A stretch of 64,000 nucleotides of DNA from the human T2T-CHM13v2.0 reference genome, Homo sapiens, in assembly GCF_009914755.1 (NCBI RefSeq), contig NC_060947.1; one strand, written 5' to 3'. Every line of letters begins with the position of its first letter. Positions within the stretch are counted from its first letter, which is position 1. This document shows positions 26,008 through 38,195 of the stretch, piece after piece. Below the pieces are notes generated by a model. The model was not told where the DNA came from and did not search any database. It worked only from the letters and a program-made list of their open reading frames with translations. The translations under genes and the position numbers were made by a program.

Positions 26008-26325
26008 AGATCAGGCAAGCTACAGCCTGCTGGCCAAAGCTAGGTGATCCCCTCTTTATAAACAGCCCATGAGCGAAGAACAGTTTTTACATTTTTAAAT
26101 GTTAGAAGATGGAGCAAAAGGAGAATACTATATCATGACACAGGAAAATTATATGCTATTCAAATTACAGTGTCCATAAATAAAGTTTTATTGGAACACA
26201 GTCATGCGCATCTGTTTACTATTGCCTATGGCTGCTTTTGTACTTGGACAGATATCTTATGGCCCTACAAAGCCTAAAATACTTACCATCTGGCTTTTTA
26301 CAGAAAATGTTTGCCGATCTCTGCT
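26008..26325. mobile_element. MER58-like hAT-Charlie element
   Basis: ggcaagctacagcc...aaataaagttttattggaacacag...tttacagaaaatgtttgccgatctctg. Confidence 0.8.
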
Positions 26326-26942
26326 CTAAAATTAAGCAGTTTAGCAAATTGGGTTTCCAGGAGGTCAATGGGAACGAGCCCTGGGCTAGAATTCCCAACA
26401 CCCAGCTCTGCTGGGGATGTGACTCCACTCCATTGGACTGGAGTTTCCTCCTCTGTAACATAAGAGGGCTTTGCTGAACGAGCCCTTCCAACTCTTAATC
26501 ATCTATAGTGTATGTTGATTCCAGTCTATTCAATGGTTCCCAGGTGCCAGTGGGATAAAAGTGCAGAGCTCTGGTCTGGGACAAAGCCACAGGATTAGAA
26601 AGTGACTGAAATAGACAAAGAACTGGATAGTTGCTGTGCGTATACAGAGCAGATCTGAAAAGTGGCACTCTACAAGGTTCAAAAACATACACTTTGGACA
26701 TCTTCATGTGCCCTAGTTTTATAGATTCTTTTAACCGTGGGGAAGAAGGAAATGGTTGAAACTAATTATTGAGGAAGGCTGGCAACCCCAAAATTCAGGT
26801 TTTCAAAATCTAATTTAGCACTTACTGCGGGTTCGTTGAAATTAACCAGGTAATTGACATCTCTGGTTCTTTTAGTAGTAGGGAAGAGTTTCTGTTGTCT
26901 TTTCTATTTTCTCAATACTAACATGTAGTTCTTTATCTGCAG

Positions 26943-27055
26943 TGCAAGGCATCACGGGTTGTTAGCATCGGCACGTCAGCCTGGGGTCTGTCACTATGGA
27001 ACTAAACTGGCCTGCTGCTACGGCTGGAGAAGAAACAGCAAGGGAGTCTGTGAAG
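26943..27055 (+). CDS. EGFL6: EGFL6 coding exon 2
   Basis: Acceptor ttctttatctgcag|; (S)[37 protein letters not shown]; donor AAG|gtaatt; 113 nt, phase 2 to 1. Not in the ORF track. Confidence 0.96.
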
Positions 27056-30000
27056 GTAATTTTGTAAAAACTCAGACCCTGCACTTGGATCAGGGCCCTT
27101 AGGTTTTTATCTGTCATACCATGAACTGCCACAAAATTGCCAGTGGATGTCTCAGGCAAGGACATGCATAACTACCAATAACCAAGGTCTGGGTTCCTAT
27201 GAGATCTCTTCCCAGACAAAATGTGGCTGACGCCATCATACTTGGCATGATTTATTTTAGAAGACTGTCTTGTCAATTATTTTTGTGATTATCTTAATGA
27301 GTATGACTGGGTTGTTTGTTTTTGGTTTTCTTTTTAATCTAAAGGAACTAAGATGGGCAAAAGCAGGCTGGTAAATTTCTCCTCTAATTATAGTTTAAGT
27401 GATTTCCAATGCAATAAACTTTAATTATTAATCACCCAACCAGTAGGCTTCAGCCACAAAATAAGTACACCTTTTAGCTTATAGATTTGTAACTCACATT
27501 TTTAAAATTCATACTGCCAATTTCTAAATGCTTTCAAGGTACATATGCATATATGCAAAGATTTTAAGTATTTTGCTGATTTTTTTGTACATTGCAAACC
27601 AAGGAACCATAATTTGCCTTGGACATTGTTTCTCAGACTATGTGTTAGGAACTCCGAGAGAGGCCTCTGATCATTTCAAGGAGGTTGGGAAGGGCAGAGA
27701 TGAGCATAAAGTTTTTGCCTTGTTTTTCTTTTTATGACTTTCCATAACGACCAACACTGGCAGTGTAGCAGAACCAAATCCACATTCCTCCTGACTGTCT
27801 CACCAGGGGTGTATTCCTTCAGGGCAGTAGTCTACTCTCACTGTCCCTGTGTCCTTCAGTAGGTAGCATGTGCCTCATCCTAAGTTATTTATCTATTAAA
27901 TGGGATAACAACACAGTTGCAGGTCCCATAAAAGCACTAACATGTTAGCTATTTTTAGGAATAACAATGCTACCTTCTTTTTGCTAGTCTGTTCCTGCCC
28001 CAACCTCCTTCTCTCTGGCTGGTTAAAAAATATCTGGATTGACCATAAGTGGGGTCAGAACTTGATAATATCCAAAATCTATAAAACAATAGAAAACATT
28101 GATATCGTTCCCACATGTTCCATATTATGCAAAACCTTCTGCCATCATAGTTTGCTTGTGACAAGATGACAAGAGCATAAAAATACTAGACAAAAACAAA
28201 GATCATCATTGCCCACTTAGATAAAGGAAGTTAGAATATCCTCCTGGGACTTGTGTCAATTAAAAGGGTGGGTCCTCATCCTGATTGGATTGATAGTGTC
28301 ATGATCAAGGGCATTGAGAACCAGACTGACGTGGGTGACCTTGGGCAAGCTAGCTAAGGTAAGCTAGCTAAGGCTCAATTTCCTCCTCTGCAACCTGGAG
28401 AGAGCAATACCTACCTCTGAGAGTAAGGAATGTATGCATTAAAGGGTGAGTTCATTACCTGGCATGCATAGAAAATACCTCATAAATTACCATTCCTTCA
28501 GGAAGGACCAATAATTCTCATCACAGACTTCTCGTCATTAAAGCACCAGGTGATGGGGGGATTAAATGTGGCTTTATTCTTTTGCTAGACACAACATAAC
28601 ACATTTTTATTTGAAGTCAGTCAGGTGGAAAGGGGCAAAAACCACGTGAAACACATGATTTAGAGTCTCTCTTACAGTTGCACGAACATCAGCGTCTACT
28701 GCCATAAAACTTGTGAGACCCAGCATGTCGCTGGTGAATAAATGAAGGCAAGGTGTTAAAAGGGCAAGTGCAGGGGGTTCAAGCAAAATGCTCACTATGC
28801 AAGTTTTGCAAGCTGAAGAGACGGTCAGCACACCTACTGCTCCAGTCAAATGTTCAGGTCTTAAATTGCAATGATTTTTAGATCTAAAATGTGTATCATG
28901 TTTTATCCAATTTGCATGGTCCTTCTTGATGGTAAAGTCATGTTTCTTGAAGCACCAAATAACAGGGTAGTTATTCCCTGATTGCTGGGTTTCTGATTTC
29001 TAAGCCAGAGTTGTGGGATGCATGATAATAAGAATACACATCAACCTGCCCCAACAAGGAGAGCCAGACCCCAGGCTGTGAGGTCACAGTCTACCCAGGC
29101 CTTCCCCTCTGTCCATCTATTTGCCCTTCACTCCTTTTGAAGCCCTGCCTCTATGTATCCTGGAGCCTTCTAGCTCTCAGCCTCTACCCTGTCTAAATCT
29201 CCTCCCAAGGCAGGGTCTCATCAGTTCGATATCATTAACCTTAAAATGTATGCCACTTCAGTGAGATGAAATACAGAATTGTCCATAAACAAGTACCTGA
29301 TGAAAAGCTTCAGATAGAGAAGTTTGGGGGAGAACCAAATAAGACTTTTACTTTGTCTAAATCATGCTTCAATCTCAGGCCATTTTAAACACAAACTGAA
29401 TTTCCCTTGCTGTCGATTGGCTGTTGAAGTCACAGATCCAAAGTTACTGTAAATTGAAAACATCTTACTGAAGCTTTAACCTTATAGCAAGGGTATTATT
29501 CACCATTTCTCCTATGTTCTATTTGGCATTTATGCTGGGCTTTCCTGTCTGGACCACATTGGAAATCAGTTTCCAGGGAACAACTAGAGGTCTTCAGGGC
29601 TTAAAAAAAAAAAAAAAGATTTATTTTTTCTAACATCTGAATTTAAAGTTGCAACTCCAAGTACATATCCATAACAAAGTAGACACTGGAAATTAAATTC
29701 TCTCTCTTTTGTCTCTAAAAGTGGAAAAACCTTGCTGGGGAAGCATTTTTCCCTTATGATTTGTTCAGGGCCATAAAATGTTCCCCCATTAAAAGTTCTA
29801 CAGTAATTACTTTATTCATTATTCAAAAATATTCAAATATTTAACATGTTTACAACACTATATTAAATGCTACAGGGGAAACAATGATGAATGTTTAAGT
29901 CCCTGTCCTGAAGGCACTTGGAAACAAGTAGTGGATGAAAGACAAGCACTGTAGCCAAATATATGCCTCATTATTTAATAAGACAAAAACTGATCAGTTG

Positions 30001-30300
30001 CACAGGAGAGGCCTGCCAAAGTTCTGTGGAGTTCTCGAAGTTGAGTGGGCATTCATAGGTGGCTGGAGAAATCTGTAAAGGCTTTTAGAAGAAGGGGCCA
30101 TGCAAGGTGGTCCTTGAAGAATGGGGAGGATATGAACTACTGGAAACCCAGGGAAGAGTATCCTAGGGAGGGGTAGGAAAAGGTAGAAAGTAAAGGGTAG
30201 GTCTAGAGAATAGCAAGCAATATCTTTTGCCCACAGTGTTGCCTTTGTCGGGGGGGTGGGGGGGCTAGAAAAGAAGGGGGAGGCCAGATCAGGCTAGGTT

Positions 30301-30691
<391 letters not shown>

Positions 30692-30741
30692 TGATCAGAG
30701 CTATGCTTTTGGACTATTAGTTTAATGTCGTGTCTGACATA

Positions 30742-31065
30742 AAGTTTGCTAGGAGCAGAGCCTGAAAGGGGGATTCTTGTACAAATATTCCATTGAAAGG
30801 TATCTTACGAGCAATTTGCAAGGGAGTGAGGGAGCATGGGAAGGGGCTAGGCAGAGATATGGTTTCAGAAGAAGTCTAGCTTCAGCCTGATCCCACAGGG
30901 ACCTCTAGGGGGTTAATTGCACCAGAGTTTGTCCTGCCAAGAAACAAGGAACTAGGCTGTTAGACTCCTGCATCAGTGAGGCACTGGTCACAAGCTGTGG
31001 TGGGGAAAGCAGGGAGAGGGATTCAGCATCATCTTCCAAGTATCTGTGGGCAAGGTAGTTCCCAT
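30742..31065 (-). mobile_element. ERVL LTR (LTR16/LTR33-like)
   Basis: gagcagagcctga...ggattcttgtacaa...cagcctgatcccacaggg...catcagt. Confidence 0.5.
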
Positions 31066-32221
31066 TAGCTAGATAGATAGTTGTTCAATGAATGAGTTGG
31101 TGGTAGAAACAGGGATAGGATGTTGCAACTGAGTGGTCTGGAGACAAGAAAAAATAGACAACTGAATTTTTTGAGTCCAGGTAACTGGTAGAGGAATGAT
31201 GATAATAACAAAAAATAGGATCTGGGGTTGTAGGGAAAGATGCTGGTATCTTTAAGAATAGGCTTTCTTAGAGGTGGACCTACTGTGAGCCAGGGGAATT
31301 GATGGATGGAGAAGTAGGCACCATTCCTGGGCAATTGCTGAGTCATTCTTTCCTATTATGGCTATTTCTTGAGCTCCTACTATATCCAGAAACTGCTGAG
31401 AGTCCTTGATACCCTAAAAGTCTCCTTTCTCTCTCATATATTATATCCTCTCCCTTTCTACTCTTGAGGCTTTCCCATTTTCCTTTTTTCCTATCTACTG
31501 CTTTTTCTCCTTATAACCTCCCTGTGAGCTGGAATGAAACTGTCCATCATCTTTGACTGTTTGTTTTCTTGCCCCCAACTGAATCGGTTATAACATCCTA
31601 CCCCTGTTGTTTTTCCTACCACTTTATTCATTGAACAAATATTTATTGTCTACTTTGTGTCAGGAGTTGGGATACAGAAGTGAATAAAATAGAAAAACAA
31701 ATCCTACCTTTGTCATGCTTTCTCATGCCTCCATCATCATCCTCATCATCATCATGATGCTTTTAGTTCCCATCCTTAGGGCTAGAAGTAGCACCTTCCT
31801 CCCTCCAATCTGTTGGTTGTTCAGTCTGACTGATAATGTGCAGCATTAAAAGATTTTGATCATTTAAAAGAGAAATGGAGAAAATATGGAGGAGATGAAA
31901 CGAGGCAAGAGACAGAAGGAAGGGGAATGACGTTGGCATTTGCCCAGGGTTACTCTGGAGTCTCTTCCAGTTCCAACATTACACTTATTTTATTAAATCT
32001 TTTGTGTTTGCATGCAAAACTGGCTGACTGTGGTCTGGAAGGCTTTATATTTCATTGAATACCACTGGAAGTGTGGTATTGCCTCCCTTCAAAGGGAGGC
32101 AGATTGTCCTCTGTATGTCCCCATGGAGTTCTCTGCCACACAGAACGCAGCGAAGTTTTGCGTGCATTTCACTACACTAACTACTGTTCTTTTATCATCA
32201 AGACATCTTTTCCTTCCACAG

Positions 32222-32314
32222 CTACATGCGAACCTGGATGTAAGTTTGGTGAGTGCGTGGGACCAAACAAATGCAGATGCTTTCCAGGATACACCGGGAA
32301 AACCTGCAGTCAAG
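32222..32314 (+). CDS. EGFL6: EGFL6 coding exon 3, EGF-like repeat 1
   Basis: tttccttccacag|; [31 protein letters not shown]; CAAG|gtcagt; 93 nt, phase 1-1. Confidence 0.97.
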
Positions 32315-33107
32315 GTCAGTAAGGTAGCCCAGGGTCATAGTTCAAATTCAATCATTGCAGCAGGGCTGGCGACTCAATATGGTACGCAGGATTTCTTAGG
32401 GTTTTTTTAAAGTCAAATCTTCAAATGAAGGTGCTTTCAGGACAAGTTTTTCAATCTCTTCTCCTTGAAAAATGTAAAAAGTCTGATGTTTTTGTCAAGA
32501 TGCCCAATAAAAGGCCTTTTTTCTTTTCTTTTCTTTTTTTATCTTTTTTAAATAAGCTAAAGGTCTTTTATATTTTTTACTTTTTTATTTCATCTCTTTC
32601 CGTAACACAGAAAAAAAGAGCCTTTTTAAAAAGTAAATAATTTTATTGCTTTTTAAACTACCTATGTATTATAAGTATATTTTTATTTTTAAAAATCCAG
32701 CAGTGCAAAAAAATATAAACTTAAAAGTGAGAGTGATCACCACTAGTTTTTACTATAAGCATAGTTAAGTTTGTCTTAGATCCTGGAAGTCTTTTTCTGT
32801 GATAGTATAAATGTAAGTTTTTCTCATAGGCATCTTTGCATGTCAGCACACACAGAACTACTTTACATTTTTTAAGGCTGTATCCTAGTCCCTAGTGTGA
32901 ATACTTTTATCCTTTGTGCAAAAATGTGCTTTATTTAACCATTATCATTTATGTTGTCTCCAATTTTTTGCCATTACAAACAGTGCTAAATCTAACATTG
33001 TTCTCTGCATAGCCCTGCTTTCTTGAATGAATATTTTTGTAGGAAAAATATTTAAAAGTGGAATTGTTGGGTTGAACAACGTGCATATTTTTATTATACT
33101 TCATATA

Positions 33108-33404
33108 CTTTTTTTTTTTTTTTGAGACAGAGTCTCGCTCTGTCACCCAGGGTAGAGTGCAGTGGCGTGATCATGGCTCACTGCAGCCTCAGCCACCTGG
33201 GCTCTAGCAATCCTCCCATCTCAGCCTTCTGAGTAGCAGGGACCACAGGCACACACCACCATGCCTGGCTACTTTTTACAGTTTTTGTATAGACGAGGTC
33301 CCACTACGTTGCCCAGGCTGGTCTTGAACTCCTGGGCTCAAGCCATCCTCCCGCCTTGCCCTCCCAAAGTGCTGGAATTAAAGGCTTAGCCACCACACCT
33401 GGCC
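33108..33404 (-). mobile_element. AluJ full-length
   Basis: gatcatggctcactgcagcctc...cctgggctcaagccatcctcc are AluJ-type features. Confidence 0.9.
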
Positions 33405-33621
33405 TTGATATATCATAACAGATAATTTATAACTTTCATCCTAGATTGTTTGTCTGAAAACATTAAAGAGATGATAATATCTATAACAGTGGTTCTCAAC
33501 CTGGGTAATTTTGTCTCCCAGGAAGCGTTGCCAGATAAAATACAGATACCAAGTTAGATTTAAATTTCAGATAAACAACAAATAATTTTATAGTATATGT
33601 TTGTTCAAAATAGTATATAGG

Positions 33622-33857
33622 GGATGTGAGGGTGATCTGGCTGTGACATCTGTCACCCCATTGCTCACCTGGGTTGATTTGGCTGATCTGGCTGGCTAGG
33701 CAGATGTCCCCTTCCTCCCTCACTGCTCCATGTGTGTCCCTCCTGAAGCTGCGCGCTCGTGTGGAGAGGACGACCATCCCCGATAGAGGAGGACTTACCT
33801 TCAGTCAAGGGTATATTAGCTGTGCTCCCCTGCTAGCACCTCCAAACAAGCTCTCAA
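33622..33857 (+). pseudogene. 7SK snRNA retropseudogene (RN7SKP-type), 3'-truncated and without a poly-A tail
   Basis: ggatgtgagggtgatctggctgtgacatctgtcacccc...gaagctgcgcgctcg...ccatccccgatagaggagga...cctccaaacaagctctcaa matches the 7SK 5' portion; flanking direct repeat tcaaaatagtatat at 33605-33618 and 33854-33867. Confidence 0.93.
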
Positions 33858-33932
33858 AATAGTATATGAGAAGTGTGTATACTTTAAAAGTATTAGTCAT
33901 TTATCTGACATTCAAATTTATCTGAGAATCCT

Positions 33933-34077
33933 TTACTGTTTTGTTTAGAGATGGGGGTCTCACTATGTTGCCTAGGCTGGAGTGCAGTGACTATACTGCA
34001 TCCATGATCTCCTGGCCTCAAAGCAGTCCTCTCGCCTCAGACTCCTGACTACAGGCACACACCACCACACCCAGCTG
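33933..34077 (-). mobile_element. FAM/7SL-derived Alu monomer
   Basis: agagatgggggtctcactatgttgcctaggctggagtgcagtgactat resembles the 7SL/FAM 3' end rather than a dimeric Alu. Confidence 0.65.
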
Positions 34078-34349
34078 GAATCTTGTATTTTTATTTGCCA
34101 AATCTGGGAGCCTTATCCCGGGCAACATCTGGCAGTGTCTGAGGACATTTGGAGGGGGTGCTACTGGTGTCTAATGGGTAGAGATCAGGGATGCTGCAAA
34201 GCACCTTACACAATGCACAGGATAGCAGCACCCACAACAAAGAATGATCAGACCCAAATGTCAGTAGTGCCAAGGCTGAAAAACCCTGCTGTAAACGTGG
34301 TGAATAAAAGTGCCTCATTGGAGCAAGGGATATGGTCTTTGCTATAGAT

Positions 34350-34555
34350 CAGCAGATTTCAACTTGGCTGATTTTGTCATCCACGGGATACTTGACAATG
34401 ACTGGGGACAATTTTGGTTGTCATAACTGGATGTGGGAGGTACTCCCGGCATCTAGTGAATGGAGCCCAGGGATGCCGCTAAACATCCTGCAATGCACAG
34501 GACAGTCCCCACAACAAATAATGATTTGTGTCAACGGAAGTTAAGAAACCCTGGC
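34350..34555 (+). mobile_element. MER20
   Basis: ttttggttgtcataactg...ggcatctagtg...cagggatgccgctaaacatcctgcaatgcacaggacagtcccc. Confidence 0.8.
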
Positions 34556-34838
34556 ATGAAGAAATCTTCAATAATTCAGAAAGGGTCCCCAGTCCTATAA
34601 GGAAGTTGAACAAAGAGCAGTAAATCCAATTCAGCTGCCCTTGGAGAATGGAGTTTCAGAGAAGACTGGACACCCACTCCACTCTACCACTCCCAGCCCT
34701 TGCTGCCAAGCCCAGAGGTTAGCCCCATAAACTGAAATAGCCGCTCTTTGAGCTGCCAGCCCTACAGTCTCGGAGAGCAATCTGGCTCTCTGCGTCCTGC
34801 CACCAGCATAGAGGCCAGAGCCCTGGAGATGTTTCTTA

Positions 34839-35180
<342 letters not shown>

Positions 35181-35944
35181 TCATGCTTTCATAAGTAATA
35201 ATTCAGCTATACCCTTCACCAGAGGTTTTACAGCAGAAAACTTGGTTTTCCATATGTTTTGGATTCTGAACCAAGATACTGTCTCAAGAGATTTGGAATA
35301 GAGACAATATTTTCCACGCTAGTTTTAAAGTCTCAGCAAAATATTAACGTTGAGGGAGTGGTCCAGTTGGATCAAGTTTTGAGGCAGTCTGTTTTCTTCC
35401 CACAGCCTCCCTGCCCTGTGGCAGCCTGATCAAAGTCCACGTACATCCATTAATGGTGACAGGCCTCAGCCCTCAACTCATGTCTTTCCCAAAACACTCT
35501 TCCAAGAAATGAGTGAGTCACCTCAGAGTTAGGGCCAAGCTATGGGATATTCCTGGGTTTCCCGTTATGTCCAATCAGCATTTTTCAATTTCCCCATTTG
35601 AAGAGGTTAGGTTCTATGAGGGAGATGGTAGGGTAAAGGGGATAGGCAGTGGAGAAGAGGGTTTCAAATGTCCAGCTAGGGCACTGGAAAATCCCCATAT
35701 AAGGATATTTTCAGAGATGAAAGCAGCTCCTTATTTTCAAGAATCTGTTACCATGCTGACCTTTTGCCTTCCATGGAATTTGTTTGTTTTTTTCCTCTCT
35801 GTATGTTCCCTGGTAGAGTTAAGATATGAAACCCTCACATGACCACATTTCCAAAGGCGACATCCTCTACAGATAATCCTTTTTAAAGTTCTATTTTCCT
35901 TCTGTGTCATTTTTTATTTTAATAAAAATGTTACTTATTCTTAA

Positions 35945-35945
35945 G

Positions 35946-35976
<31 letters not shown>
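35945..35976. repeat. (GTT)n microsatellite
   Basis: About ten perfect gtt units. Confidence 0.9.
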
Positions 35977-35978
<2 letters not shown>

Positions 35979-36165
35979 TAGAAAACAAAAAAGCACAGAG
36001 AAGAAAGTCACCCTCGATCTTACCACCTGAAGATAACCATTAGTCGCATTTAGAGCATACCCTCCTAGGCTTTTCTTTTCCTATGTATTTTTTAAACCAA
36101 TTTTGGAATGATCTGTACACAGAGTTTTGTAACCTTCTTTTATCACGTAACATCCTGTGAACGTC

Positions 36166-36345
36166 ATATGTATATATTTCATATATATATAATTCACATA
36201 TATATAATTCATATATATATTTCATATATATAATTCACATATATAATTCATATATATTTCATATATATAATTCACATATATATAATTCATATATATATTT
36301 CATATATATAATTCACATATATATAATTCATATATATATATATAT
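36166..36345. repeat. AT-rich compound minisatellite
   Basis: Repeating (ta)n tttc (at)n aattcac (at)n aattc higher-order unit of about 40 bp. Confidence 0.9.
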
Positions 36346-36589
36346 TTTTTTAAATCATCCAGCCCAAATGTCATCCTGTGAACATCTTTACTTAGGATTA
36401 AATATTGTCCTCCAACTTCACCACTAAGAGCTGTCTGACAGGGCTCCCTCTAGAGGAATGTGAGCCAAGGCAATTTGGCCAGTGCAGGGGCCAGCCAAAA
36501 TAATAATCGACAGGAGGCTGTGCTGTCAGCTTATGTCAGCGGCTGCTTGGGATAGCATGAAAGGCAGAAATATATAAATTATCTATTTC

Positions 36590-37205
36590 TAAATTATTGT
36601 TCAAGTAGTATACACATAGAATTGTGCATATATAAAAAATGTATGGCTCGATGAATTTTTCTAAATGCCCATGTCACTAGTATCTAGATCAAAAGCCAGA
36701 AACTTGGCCCTTCAGAAGACTCCCTCACACACCTTCCAGTCACTTCCACTGCCAGTGAGAGAACCATATGTTGACCTCTTATATCACAGATTAGCTGTGC
36801 TTATTTTTTAACTGTATATAAATGGACTCATACAGTATATACACGTTTATATCCAGCTTCCACTCAATATCATGTTTGTGAGATTCATCCATTGTTGCCT
36901 ATAGTTGTCGTTTGTTCAGTTTCATTGCTATATAGTATTCCATTGTGTGAATATACAAGTCATTTATCTATTCTTCTGTTGGGAGGTGTTTGGATTACTT
37001 CTAGTTTGGGGCTATCTAGTATCATGCTATTATGAGCATTTTAGTATGTAGGGGAAATCCCAGGACTGGAATTTCCAGGTCATGAGTATGTCTAAATATA
37101 GCTCTAGTAGATTCTGCCAAGCAGTTTTCCAAAGTGTTGTACCAATTTACATTCCTTCCAGTGGTGTATAATTATTCCATTTGCTACACATTGTCACCAA
37201 TCCTT
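36590..37205 (-). mobile_element. Old L1 (L1MC/ME-like) fragment
   Basis: tgtgagattcatcca...tagtattccattgtgtgaatatac...ttttccaaagtgttgtaccaatttacattcc. Confidence 0.7.
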
Positions 37206-37360
37206 TAAAATGGAATTTGATGGTCAGAGAGAAGGTGGGTAAGTGGTGGTGTTCAGGGAAGCTAACCCAGTTGTCCTTTCCAAGACTGGGGTCTAATATT
37301 CCCCATCTGGAAGTTTCCTGATTCAGTTCACCTTTCCCTGTTTTCTAAATGTCCCTGCAG

Positions 37361-37480
37361 ATGTGAATGAGTGTGGAATGAAACCCCGGCCATGCCAACA
37401 CAGATGTGTGAATACACACGGAAGCTACAAGTGCTTTTGCCTCAGTGGCCACATGCTCATGCCAGATGCTACGTGTGTGA
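37361..37480 (+). CDS. EGFL6: EGFL6 coding exon 4, Ca-binding EGF repeat
   Basis: gtccctgcag|; [40 protein letters not shown]; GTGA|gtaagt; 120 nt, phase 1-1. Confidence 0.97.
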
Positions 37481-37603
37481 GTAAGTTTCAACAGCCAGGC
37501 TGATCTCAGTCAATGTTTAAGGCTTGGCTTTTGCCATTTGATGCTTGGGGAAAAGCTGACTTCAGTGATTTTTTAAAAAATCTCTAATATTGCCCCCAGC
37601 TAA

Positions 37604-37972
<369 letters not shown>

Positions 37973-38001
37973 TCCATAATTTTTTTAAAAAAGTAAGTGC
38001 T

Positions 38002-38195
38002 GATTGGGCACAGTGGCTCACACCTGTAATTCCAACACTTTGGGAGGCTGAGGCAGGTGGACTACCTGAGGTCAGGAGTTCAAGACCAGCCTGGCCAACA
38101 TGACGAAACCCTGTCTCTACTAAAAAAAAAAAAAAAAAATACAAAAATTAGCTGGGCATGGTAGGGCACCTGTAATCTCAGAAAGAAAAAAAAAA
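38002..38195 (+). mobile_element. Partial AluS (left arm and start of right arm)
   Basis: tgggcacagtggctcacacctgtaat...ccagcctggccaacatgacgaaaccc...cacctgtaatctcag then an A-run. Confidence 0.88.

Larger units (their letters stand above)
33487..34290 (+). mobile_element. MER20 host (33487-33522 and ~34115-34290) containing a nested MER53-like MITE (~33524-34113)
   Basis: cagtggttctcaacctggg.. resumes as ggcaacatctggcagtgtctg...gaaaaaccctg; the insert has the palindromic MER53 pattern gttgccagataaaatacag...tgtatttttatttgccaaatctgg. Confidence 0.75.

Noticed and set aside
28349-28373. Short local duplications (gctagctaagg twice; also tcccagcctgaaa at ~41537 and atattcactcagc at ~43406/43427)
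   Set aside because: Ordinary slippage-type micro-duplications, two of them inside old repeats.
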